Virus record (IMG/VR): IMGVR_UViG_3300030685_000353
Span: 9,506 to 73,505 of that record
Direction: 5' to 3' (one strand)
Length of the DNA stretch: 64,000 nt
From: a virus
Shown: piece by piece, positions 1 to 8,802 of the stretch
Layout: each line of letters begins with the position of its first letter
How positions within the stretch are numbered: position 1 is the first letter of the stretch
The notes under the pieces: model-generated
Databases searched by the model: none
Told to the model about the DNA's origin: nothing
Seen by the model: only the letters and a program-made list of their open reading frames with translations
Translations under genes and position numbers: made by a program

Positions 1-378
1 AGCAAGCGCTATTTTTGCTATACCCATTATCGATAAGTTAGCAAACGTATTTACAAATGTAGATATAGATGTGGCTGAATTACTCAAAGAATCCAACTTA
101 GTAGAATCGATGTTACCCGTAATAGAAACTAATTCAGATAAAAAGTCGAGTATTACTGATCCATTAGTTGATATCGATTTATTCTTAGCAGATAACGCAT
201 CAGATATTAGTTTTATACTTGTTGCCATACCAGCCAGTACAGCAGAAGAATTCATAGAGGCACTTGGATCTGCCGCAGCATTAGATGTATTAGCTTTTGC
301 TTCAATAGCATGTAAGCTTTTTTCCATTGATCTGGAAATACCAATGAGTGTGTCGAGTTGTTTGTCTTGTAGAGCCAA
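1..378 (-). CDS. N-terminus of a large Ala/Ser-rich structural protein, possibly tape measure (runs off the window)
   Basis: My translation from TTG at 378 (MALQDKQLDTLIGISRSMEKSLHAIEAK...) stays open to the window edge. It follows the tail tube/gp26/gp51-like genes and is preceded by GATATATAATA. The + strand ORF 71..466 is its shadow. Confidence 0.45.
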   Translation of the reverse strand, partial: MALQDKQLDTLIGISRSMEKSLHAIEAKANTSNAAADPSASMNSSAVLAGMATSIKLISDALSAKNKSISTNGSVILDFLSELVSITGNIDSTKLDSLSNSATSISTFVNTFANLSIMGIAKIALA

Positions 379-415
379 AATTGCAGGTTTATTTCGTATT
401 ATATATCTAACACAC

Positions 416-444
416 AAAAAGGAAGAGCAAAACTCTTCCTTTTT
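416..444 (-). terminator. Rho-independent terminator
   Basis: AAAAAGGAAGAG-caaaa-CTCTTCCTTTTT hairpin just after the 446..724 gene. Confidence 0.75.
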
Positions 445-445
445 G

Positions 446-724
446 TTACAATTTAAAGTTCGGTAATGATGGCAATGAACTTGCTATACCTCTTTGCATA
501 CTACTCATCTGTGAATTAATATTCAGATTCGGTACTTGTGAATGTTGCCCCTTTTCTTGTTTCTTCCTTTCATTTTCTTCTTCTTCGCTGAGAATTTTCA
601 ATTCATCCAGCATAATCTCCAATTCATAAAATGGCATCTGTTCAACCTCTGAAGGTTGGCATCTGACATATTTAAGAAGTGATGCTTTAAGCTTAAAGTA
701 ATTTTGAAGAGATATCTGAAACAA
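446..724 (-). CDS. T4 gp51-like baseplate hub assembly protein
   Basis: SLQNYFKLKASLLKY...SEVEQMPFYELEIM resembles T4-like gp51 proteins; lies directly after a gp26-like gene. Confidence 0.55.
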   Translation of the reverse strand: MFQISLQNYFKLKASLLKYVRCQPSEVEQMPFYELEIMLDELKILSEEEENERKKQEKGQHSQVPNLNINSQMSSMQRGIASSLPSLPNFKL

Positions 725-1622
725 GGAAAAGACTTTTGATTCCTCCTCGAAAGTTAATTGGTAAAGCTGTTGCCTCCCCGCATACAGAACAGTTGTTTAA
801 GATTTCAGGTTTGATAGTTTCCTGCATATGTTTAACAAACCAGTCTGCTACAGAAATCTTATCAGTTCCCCAACTATATGAATCTTGTAAAGCTTTTGTG
901 TAATATGCATCATTTAATCCTCTCCAGTCAGAAAATAAAAATGGTGCCCATTTCAAAAATGCTTTATCATATTCTACTTTATTCTGAATTTTATCTTTCA
1001 CGTATCCTTTGATATAATTCATGACACCTAGAGAAGGTAGATATAATTTCAATTCTTCGCCATTAGTAAGTTTAAGATGGAAACATCTTTCATCTTCATT
1101 AAATCTAGTGGCCAATTCAGGTGATGGAGTATAGTACGATAGCATCTCTTTAGAGATACTGCGTTCATCTACAGTTCCACAATTACTACAATTGAAAGAA
1201 ATATTCAACTGATTCTCACCTTGTTTGAATGTCAATTCACGGATGGCAAATACTAAGAAAAATCTGTCAATTTCTTTAATATCTTTATATGATGCTATCG
1301 AATTACCGAATTTTATCTTACAACACTTTTCAATAATCTTGTTCAGTGCATCATCCATGTTAAAAATATCTTCCTCATCTATAGTAGACCAGTGTCTAAT
1401 TTCAGCTGCCATAGCAGATCTGATAGTAATTTCAGTTGAAGCTGGGTAATAAAGACCTTGAGAAGGTAAAGTATCTGGTTTTACTCTAATCCAACCGATA
1501 TCATGTACAAGATGTGTGGGTTCAGCTGTTTTAGATACATTTACCTTTTCCTTGGGTTGATTCTGTGACTCGAAGATTTTTTTAGCTTCATCTTCTGTAC
1601 TAGGAACAAATGTTTCGCTCAT
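693..1622 (-). CDS. T4 gp26-like baseplate hub / tail assembly protein
   Basis: LPSQG-YY, DRFFLVFAIRELTF and two CxxC motifs; next to the tail tube gene. Confidence 0.6.
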   Translation of the reverse strand: MSETFVPSTEDEAKKIFESQNQPKEKVNVSKTAEPTHLVHDIGWIRVKPDTLPSQGLYYPASTEITIRSAMAAEIRHWSTIDEEDIFNMDDALNKIIEKCCKIKFGNSIASYKDIKEIDRFFLVFAIRELTFKQGENQLNISFNCSNCGTVDERSISKEMLSYYTPSPELATRFNEDERCFHLKLTNGEELKLYLPSLGVMNYIKGYVKDKIQNKVEYDKAFLKWAPFLFSDWRGLNDAYYTKALQDSYSWGTDKISVADWFVKHMQETIKPEILNNCSVCGEATALPINFRGGIKSLFLVSDISSKLL

Positions 1623-1640
1623 TATTTTTCTATGTTTATG

Positions 1641-1648
1641 TATTTATA
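1641..1648 (-). promoter_or_regulatory. T4-type late promoter-like TATAAATA
   Basis: TATAAATA on the minus strand ~20 nt upstream of the gp26-like ATG. Confidence 0.5.
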
Positions 1649-1762
1649 ATCGTACGCATATGCGTATCTGATTTATTTAAAATTATAGTATACGTCCGTA
1701 AAAGTTCAGACACAAAAAAGAGGGAACTTACATTCCCTCTTCGTTTATATAAAATGATTCTG

Positions 1763-2329
1763 TTACAAAGTTGTATCGTCAAAATAATCAGCTCTGAATG
1801 TAAAACCAGTGATGGTGTATTTATCAGTAGAATTATAATCTAATTCAATTGCGTTGATATTAGTAGTAGGCCATACAGTTGGGAAAGAATAAGTTCTGAA
1901 TACATCACCAGGTCTGTTGTATACTACGATAGTCATTGGACCACCAGCATAGTCAGCTTTTAAGTGTTGCATACCTGTATTTGTATCAAAGATTTGATTA
2001 CACCAAGCTTTAAGACCTTTGTACATATACATAGAATTAGTGTCATCTAAGTTTACCTCAAAATCTATTGCGATGTCTACAAAAGTTTGATCAAGTTTTG
2101 AATTTGCATAAGAGCGAGTCCATCCTTTATATGTCTGTTGAACACCTGCTGCAGGTGTCTTATCGACATCCAAACCACTAACCTTGATAACCTGTTCCAT
2201 CAATAAAGATGTTGACCAGTTACCTAGACCAGCAGGAGGATTTATAGTAACCTCAAATAAGTTATTATAAACGGGTTCCCAATTCTCCATTGAGGCTCTT
2301 GAATTTCTATAGTGCGGAAGTTTAGCCAT
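1763..2329 (-). CDS. Tail tube protein (T4 gp19-like)
   Basis: 188 aa directly downstream of the sheath; NLFEV, WPTTNINAIELDY and FRADYF motifs. Confidence 0.8.
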   Translation of the reverse strand: MAKLPHYRNSRASMENWEPVYNNLFEVTINPPAGLGNWSTSLLMEQVIKVSGLDVDKTPAAGVQQTYKGWTRSYANSKLDQTFVDIAIDFEVNLDDTNSMYMYKGLKAWCNQIFDTNTGMQHLKADYAGGPMTIVVYNRPGDVFRTYSFPTVWPTTNINAIELDYNSTDKYTITGFTFRADYFDDTTL

Positions 2330-2363
2330 GTTGCTTTTATTTTCTTTTTTTCTAGTTAGTTTT

Positions 2364-2394
2364 AAAGGAGCTTGAAAAAATCCAAGCTCCTTTT
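2364..2394 (-). terminator. Hairpin between sheath and tube genes
   Basis: AAAGGAGCTTG...CAAGCTCCTTTT inverted repeat. Confidence 0.55.
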
Positions 2395-2398
2395 ATTT

Positions 2399-5300
2399 TT
2401 ATGCAACTGTAAATCCACCAGATGAAATCTGGCCAGTTTTTAATACAGTTACTCTATTTATGAATTTCTGAGCACCTTTGACTGGTTCAACGCCGATATC
2501 AATTATTGCAAAATTCTGATCGATTACTTCACCGGTGTTATTTCTACCGTTCATTACTGTAGCATAGTCATATATACCACCAGCTGTCTTAACGTTAGCT
2601 AAGAATTTGTCAACGATAGTTTTAATTTCTAGACGTGTAGTTGAATCGTTAAATTCAAATACATAATTACCCAAGATATCTTCAACAGATTCTTCTATTG
2701 TGATAAGTAAATCACGAACGTGTAAGCTATTGAATGCAGTATTAGTTTTTTGATAAGCAGTTTGATTACCGTAGATTTGGAAACCTGTGTTATTTCTAAA
2801 CACGATTGGATTCCATCCAAATGGCTCTAAATAACCTCTATCTGTATCAGTAAAGTCATACTCAAGTGATACCAATCTAGGATTCGATAGAATACCTCTT
2901 CTTGGACCAGCTGCAATTGAATAAGGTTGACCGTTCAAGAACTTTCTAATAAAGTTGTTTGATACATCAGCTGCGGGAGGAATAGAAATATTCTTGTTAT
3001 TTTCTTTGATAACCAACCAAGGAGCAAAGAATCCAGCAAATTTAGCACCATTATCTTCGTCAGGTAAACTATAAGTGTAAGATGGTCCTAGTGATAGATT
3101 TCCACCTTGTGAAATATAGTAAGTACTTAATACAGGTTTTGGATCAACTAAAGTTGGTACTTCAGTAAATCTAGGATCAGTACTATCAATAAACTCTTGA
3201 ATAGCAGGAGCATTGATAATAGCTAAACATTTCTGTCTGTTCATAGCCAACTTAGATAGTAGATTTTTTGGATAAGATTGTGCATCTAAACCACCGTTGA
3301 AGGTATCTACGATATATCTGTAAGTTATCATATTTCTATCTGCTAATGCAACAGATAAATTAGAAACAGCAGGATCTAAAAGACCAAGAATTTTAGCAAG
3401 TTGAGTTTTTGAACCAGGTAAATGGTATGTTCCCAATTTGAAACCAGAAAGATAAGTGAACTGAACATTTGTTGCAGCTTCTTGAATCTTCTTGAATCTT
3501 GTTATGAAACCGTCTTGTATATGTATTCTTTGGTTAGTAGTTAATTCATAGCCATTAGTTACTTTTCGTTTTGCTATAATTCTAGTTAATACAAATTTAC
3601 TTGAATCACCTGAATTTTCAGGGTCGGCTACCAAATATTGACCAACCTCAGCTTTTGTTCCATCTTCAGTAGAAATATAAACTTTTGTTCTAGTAGAGTT
3701 AGAAGTAGCGTTTAATTCAATGCTAGTTTCGTAATCTCCTACGATAGAATAAATTTTTAGCGCATTAGCTAATGTAGAACCATTTGATTCGCGAATATCT
3801 GAAATGTCCCAATCTCCATCAAATGGTACAAGATAATCTGCAGTAGTCCATGCGAAAAGCTCAATATATTTCACATTTTGAGGATCTCTAGAATACGTAG
3901 CAGTTAAATAATGAGGATTTTGTGAATTTGTATAAACTAAATCACCATTTGCAAGAACTCCAGTGTTAAACTTCTTGTATAAATCAGATCCTTCATATGC
4001 AATGTAGCTATTCGTTACATCAGATAGATATTGTACTTTATCGGGTGCTACTACTAATTTGTAACCACCTGTTGCACCGATTACATCTAGAGCAGAACCA
4101 TAATGTATAGTATAAGTCGTATCTATTTCAGCAAGATTAGCAGCGCCATTGAAATTAACTGTATCAATAGTTAGTATCGTGTTAGAACCTGTTTGACCGA
4201 TATCGTTGGCACGGAAATAAAATCTTACACCAGCCTTTTCAGCATATACGAAATCTCCAGCTGCAATATTAGAGCCAGTACCTGCAATATGGATTTCACC
4301 ATTATTTTTTGCAAATATTGGTGCAGTTAATGAACCTTCAGATGCTTTATCAGGATGTGAAATTGAAATCTTTATAAAATCTGCAGTTTCAGTTATTGTA
4401 TCAACTGTAGCTGTTTTAGTTCCAGTTTGATCTAATAGTAAAGAGCTTCCAGCTTTTAAAGATGTGAAATAACTAATTTCTGCATTAGAAATTAACGATT
4501 TATCCAATACTAGTAAGTTATTAAATTTACCAGTGTTTGTAGTACTATAGAAACTTTCAAAGTGTGCTCCTTGATTAGTTGATGGACCAGTGTAACCATA
4601 TGTCCAGTTTGTAAATGAACCGCTATTGAACGATCCACTAATTACAGTGAAATCAGGTTTTGCTTGGAAATCAAATGTTTCTTTAGCAGCAAAGTTATAC
4701 GATAAGAAATCTACAGTATCTACAGCGGCATTATTTATCATTGTATGACCGATAACATCTAGTCTTCCCATTGCTTCTGTCGCAGTAGGATCGTAGTTAT
4801 TTAGTGCATTTCTATCTAATGCAACGAACAAACCAGTCGTTGCAAAATTACCATTGATTATAGTATCAATTGAATAGTTTACACCATTGTCATCTACTAA
4901 ATCAGGAATTAATGATCCTTGGAAGCTACCGATAGTTACAACATCAGGAGAATTTAAAAAAGCTTGAATTTTATCTTTTTTAAGTCCTTTTGAATCAAAG
5001 TATTGTGCAAATACTGGATCGATACTTAACTGTGCGTTATTTGTCCAGTCTCCTTGTACAATATCGACTTGTACAAAATATTCAGATATATAATCGAATT
5101 CTTTTATATAATCTGGAACATTTCCTGCACCGAACCATTCTCTAGCAGTCAAATTAAATCCTGTTAGATCACCAGTTTTTCTTACAATGATAGAAAAAGG
5201 AATTTGTCCTAGATTAACGACAGATAATAATTTACCAGCATTAGCTGATTGTTCTTTGTTTGCCAACAGATAAGCTGTATCAGGGAAGAAAAATCTTTCC

Positions 5301-5707
5301 TTGTTAAAATACGAGCTGTATAGTTTGTTTACTGTTGTCCCATTTGCTTCTGTAGCACTAAGAGAGAATGATTTGAATGAGTCATAGTCTGGGTTAGCGC
5401 TTTCAATGTCATTATTTAATGGCATCAGTGCAATTGCAAAACAAGGACCTGTTTCTAGACAAGTAAATAGAGATCTGTGAAAGAATGATCCTCTAGCTTC
5501 CAATGTCTTATCAATTTCACCAAAAATCCTTTTAGCAGTCTTTATGTCTTGACAGAACACCGGTGCGTTGATAGGACCTTTTCTAGAGAACCCTACAACG
5601 AGTCTTGTAGTCTGTGTGTTTAAAACGATGCTCTCTGTCTGATCGAATTCTAGAGTGTAAACTCCAGAAGCTTTGAACTGACTAAGATCGAGTCTTATTT
5701 TCGCCAT
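2399..5707 (-). CDS. Contractile tail sheath protein (T4 gp18-like)
   Basis: N-terminal SGVYTLEFD and GFSRKGPINAP; C-terminal AGPRRG, NPIV, GNQT, HVRDLLITIE, FEFND. Confidence 0.92.
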   Translation of the reverse strand: MAKIRLDLSQFKASGVYTLEFDQTESIVLNTQTTRLVVGFSRKGPINAPVFCQDIKTAKRIFGEIDKTLEARGSFFHRSLFTCLETGPCFAIALMPLNNDIESANPDYDSFKSFSLSATEANGTTVNKLYSSYFNKERFFFPDTAYLLANKEQSANAGKLLSVVNLGQIPFSIIVRKTGDLTGFNLTAREWFGAGNVPDYIKEFDYISEYFVQVDIVQGDWTNNAQLSIDPVFAQYFDSKGLKKDKIQAFLNSPDVVTIGSFQGSLIPDLVDDNGVNYSIDTIINGNFATTGLFVALDRNALNNYDPTATEAMGRLDVIGHTMINNAAVDTVDFLSYNFAAKETFDFQAKPDFTVISGSFNSGSFTNWTYGYTGPSTNQGAHFESFYSTTNTGKFNNLLVLDKSLISNAEISYFTSLKAGSSLLLDQTGTKTATVDTITETADFIKISISHPDKASEGSLTAPIFAKNNGEIHIAGTGSNIAAGDFVYAEKAGVRFYFRANDIGQTGSNTILTIDTVNFNGAANLAEIDTTYTIHYGSALDVIGATGGYKLVVAPDKVQYLSDVTNSYIAYEGSDLYKKFNTGVLANGDLVYTNSQNPHYLTATYSRDPQNVKYIELFAWTTADYLVPFDGDWDISDIRESNGSTLANALKIYSIVGDYETSIELNATSNSTRTKVYISTEDGTKAEVGQYLVADPENSGDSSKFVLTRIIAKRKVTNGYELTTNQRIHIQDGFITRFKKIQEAATNVQFTYLSGFKLGTYHLPGSKTQLAKILGLLDPAVSNLSVALADRNMITYRYIVDTFNGGLDAQSYPKNLLSKLAMNRQKCLAIINAPAIQEFIDSTDPRFTEVPTLVDPKPVLSTYYISQGGNLSLGPSYTYSLPDEDNGAKFAGFFAPWLVIKENNKNISIPPAADVSNNFIRKFLNGQPYSIAAGPRRGILSNPRLVSLEYDFTDTDRGYLEPFGWNPIVFRNNTGFQIYGNQTAYQKTNTAFNSLHVRDLLITIEESVEDILGNYVFEFNDSTTRLEIKTIVDKFLANVKTAGGIYDYATVMNGRNNTGEVIDQNFAIIDIGVEPVKGAQKFINRVTVLKTGQISSGGFTVA

Positions 5708-5796
5708 GTTTATGTCTTATTTATTTTAATTGAATATGAAATTCTGCGAATTTTTACTATATATTATAGATCAGTCTTTTATTTCTCTATCGGTTA

Positions 5797-7638
5797 TCAC
5801 ATAAATTCTTTTACGTAACTTATGTCATCACGTTTTTCATCATTGAGCTGACTTAATTCTACTACTGCAGTCTTAAAACGATCAGTTGCAGTATCTATCA
5901 TATCTTCTACAACATAGCCAAAATCTTCAGATAAACAAAATGTTGCACCATACATTGTAGTTACTGCTACGTCATCATATCCTGACTGTGATGAATACGA
6001 TCCTTTATTGTTTATACCGAATGCACTTAGTTCATTATACGTGGTCTCTTCTGTGACTATTATTCGTTTTTCTAGTACAAGCTTTCTCAATTCACGACAG
6101 AACATCATCTTATTATGTTGGTACAATCTTATACCCATCGAGAAAAATCTTGCCTTTTCATTATGTCTAGTATGTAAGAATATCTCATCGTAATAGTTTT
6201 CATTTTTACGCAGTTTTTCTACAAAATAATCGCCTTTGAAGTTCATTTCTAGCGCAACTTTTATGTTCTCTGTTTTGAAAACTTCGAAAAATAAAATTTC
6301 GGCTATCTGTGCCACATCTTCTACAGCCGTAAGATTCGATCTATACATGCCGACTTGTCTTAGTCTAAAGAAACTTCGTTCATCTTCAATTCTATCTTTT
6401 CTCAATTTTCTCATAGAAGCTATACTCATCTCTTCTATTTTAAAGATATTAATTACTGAAAAATCTCGCCCTACTCCATCGGCTAAATCGACTGTAAATG
6501 TAAATTTATCTGTATCTTTTATCTCATCTAAATTAAAGTCTGGATGCCACTTTAAGTCTTTATATTTTATATCGCTGAATTCGAATGCATCAATCTGTTT
6601 CCATACATATTTCTTTACGATCTTTTTTAGATAACGTAATGAATCAGACGTTAACAACAATGAATCTGATGAAATAAATTGGTTACCGTACTCTTGATTG
6701 AATAGTTCTTCGGAACCCAAATTGGCAATTTCTCGTTTCTTCCAATTTTCATCTCTACCTGGTACTTGCCACCAATCTACACGGAATGCAGAATACTCAT
6801 TCTTGCCATCTTGTCCGGGTTCTTTCAGAGCATTTGAATAAATTTCCCAGAACTTATTTTGACCATTAGCGGTCGAGGTTATGATTACACGTGAAATCTG
6901 TGATGATGAAAGTGTAGGATATACAGAACGATAGAACGGTTCAATAAAGTTACCATGGATATGGGCAAACTCATCCATGAATAATAAGTGTAATGTAAAA
7001 CCGATAGCTGCAGTTTTAGTAGTACTCTGACACATGATTCTACATCCATTGTCAAATTTCATTGTCATTACGTTATTCTGAGCTATGCCAGGTTTCATGA
7101 AGAATGGTAATCCCTTTATGACAGATTTTGTCTTGTCAACGATTTCAGCAGCAGTAGCACCTTTATTCGCTAATACCATGACATTCTTTTCAATATTGAA
7201 TAAAACGTACCATGCTATAAATATACCAGTCATAACAGTTTTACCAATTTGTCTACTAGCTAGTACAACAGACCATCTATTATGTTGATAATGGCGTAAT
7301 AAATCTTCTTGATACGGTCGTAAAGTGATTCTTCGTATGCCTTCATCAGTCATTGATACGGCATAATTATTTGCGAAATAGACAATATCATTTGCACATT
7401 TTACAAGCTCTGAAAGTTCATAGTCTGTGTACTCGTATACTAGATCAGCTCCCTTAAAGTCGATATCACCTTCATAAAACGGGGAGCCTCCTATTGGGGG
7501 ATTTCCATTCTCTATCTGTGCACGTAATTCATTAACAAGCTCAGTGTTCCAAACCCTTATTTTTCCATGTTGTTGACCAGATCGTTGATTTTGTTTAAGA
7601 TTTCTATTTGTTAATGGTTGATTCATGTTAAAATCCAA
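5797..7638 (-). CDS. terL: Terminase large subunit (T4 gp17-like)
   Basis: LRPYQ, Walker A SRQIGKT, Walker B LFMDEFAH, ITSTANG, FNQEYG, nuclease VDLADGVGRDFS and DDVA; start may be 7626. Confidence 0.95.
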   Translation of the reverse strand: MDFNMNQPLTNRNLKQNQRSGQQHGKIRVWNTELVNELRAQIENGNPPIGGSPFYEGDIDFKGADLVYEYTDYELSELVKCANDIVYFANNYAVSMTDEGIRRITLRPYQEDLLRHYQHNRWSVVLASRQIGKTVMTGIFIAWYVLFNIEKNVMVLANKGATAAEIVDKTKSVIKGLPFFMKPGIAQNNVMTMKFDNGCRIMCQSTTKTAAIGFTLHLLFMDEFAHIHGNFIEPFYRSVYPTLSSSQISRVIITSTANGQNKFWEIYSNALKEPGQDGKNEYSAFRVDWWQVPGRDENWKKREIANLGSEELFNQEYGNQFISSDSLLLTSDSLRYLKKIVKKYVWKQIDAFEFSDIKYKDLKWHPDFNLDEIKDTDKFTFTVDLADGVGRDFSVINIFKIEEMSIASMRKLRKDRIEDERSFFRLRQVGMYRSNLTAVEDVAQIAEILFFEVFKTENIKVALEMNFKGDYFVEKLRKNENYYDEIFLHTRHNEKARFFSMGIRLYQHNKMMFCRELRKLVLEKRIIVTEETTYNELSAFGINNKGSYSSQSGYDDVAVTTMYGATFCLSEDFGYVVEDMIDTATDRFKTAVVELSQLNDEKRDDISYVKEFM

Positions 7639-8152
7639 ATTTTGTAGACATGATTAGACCGCGTTTATTTGTCATAAAGTCTTTTAATGACAAATCACTG
7701 TTTAACCATGCATCTAGCAAATCTTTATCGTAGATAATAGTACACTCTTCTGCTGATATTGAAGGAGTATCTTCAAATACATATCTCTCTTTGACATTTT
7801 TCGGGGCATATTCGATAGTTTCTAACTTAGCACAATGTCTACAGTAGAAGCTTAGATCTATTCTTTCAGGTGCTCCCCTTAATGTCTTTAACTCATCACA
7901 GTTAAGAAGAAGTAATGTACCACAAATTATACGTGGACCTCCTTCTAATGATTCAATATGAGAATTAGCACAAGAAAAATATCCATCTACTGTACCAATC
8001 TGTAACGGTAAAAAAGATTTAGCTGTTACTTTGCTAGTTCCTAACCATTCTAAATTACCATGTACATCAACTTCACCCTTTTCATTGATAGTATACGGTT
8101 CCTTTTTTGAGGTAGGGTTTTTTATGAGTGACTTTAATTCTTGTATCGTCAT
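7628..8152 (-). CDS. LRR-like repeat protein (SLEGxP repeats) with C-terminal KFGF tag
   Basis: Repeats IESLEGGPRII / LKTLRGAPERI / LETIEYAPKNV; ends KRGLIMSTKFGF. Confidence 0.7.
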   Translation of the reverse strand: MTIQELKSLIKNPTSKKEPYTINEKGEVDVHGNLEWLGTSKVTAKSFLPLQIGTVDGYFSCANSHIESLEGGPRIICGTLLLLNCDELKTLRGAPERIDLSFYCRHCAKLETIEYAPKNVKERYVFEDTPSISAEECTIIYDKDLLDAWLNSDLSLKDFMTNKRGLIMSTKFGF

Positions 8153-8802
8153 TTTATTTCTTCAAATTTATCTTGTCCTTGCTCTTTTATAGCATCATGT
8201 AAAAGTCCGATAAGTCCTCTTGTTCCTCTAAATTTAGAGCTATCTTGTTGTCCCATGACTTCTACGTCACCTTCTCCGACTTCTAGAACTTTTTCTGCTT
8301 TAGAATTTTCATAGTCAAATTTAAGATTCTTGTAATTGTTTTCCATTACAACCATGAATTGTGCTAAATGTTTTACTATCTCCATTTTTGATTTCTGAAG
8401 AGAAGCTAAAACTTCAAATGATCTAGCATGTAAATTACCGTTATCAATTTCTTCCAGTAATTTTTTTATTGCATGTTCAGAGGTTTTCATTTGGGATATT
8501 AAATCGGATACTGTCAATTTATCGACCGACATCTTTTGTTTAACATATTCATGCTCCACTACAAACTCTACAGGCAGATAAAGTAATACCACTGATTCTA
8601 CTATTTCTTCTGCTTTATTGTCAGTTTCTTGTTGTAATACGGCATAGTTAAGAGGTTTAATTGAACTCATAGCAGGCAAATCAACTTTACCAGCTTCTTT
8701 TACTTCGGCTAAATCAGTCCGTAAAATTGTATTTTCGAGGTCTTCAGCGATCTTTTTTAAATGATCCATGTGCTCGTTCGTTGTATTTCGGTTAGTTTTC
8801 AT
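8149..8802 (-). CDS. Probable terminase small subunit (gp16-like)
   Basis: Helical; ARSFEVLASLQK resembles the gp16 PRAxEV motif; upstream of terL. Confidence 0.5.
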   Translation of the reverse strand: MKTNRNTTNEHMDHLKKIAEDLENTILRTDLAEVKEAGKVDLPAMSSIKPLNYAVLQQETDNKAEEIVESVVLLYLPVEFVVEHEYVKQKMSVDKLTVSDLISQMKTSEHAIKKLLEEIDNGNLHARSFEVLASLQKSKMEIVKHLAQFMVVMENNYKNLKFDYENSKAEKVLEVGEGDVEVMGQQDSSKFRGTRGLIGLLHDAIKEQGQDKFEEIK

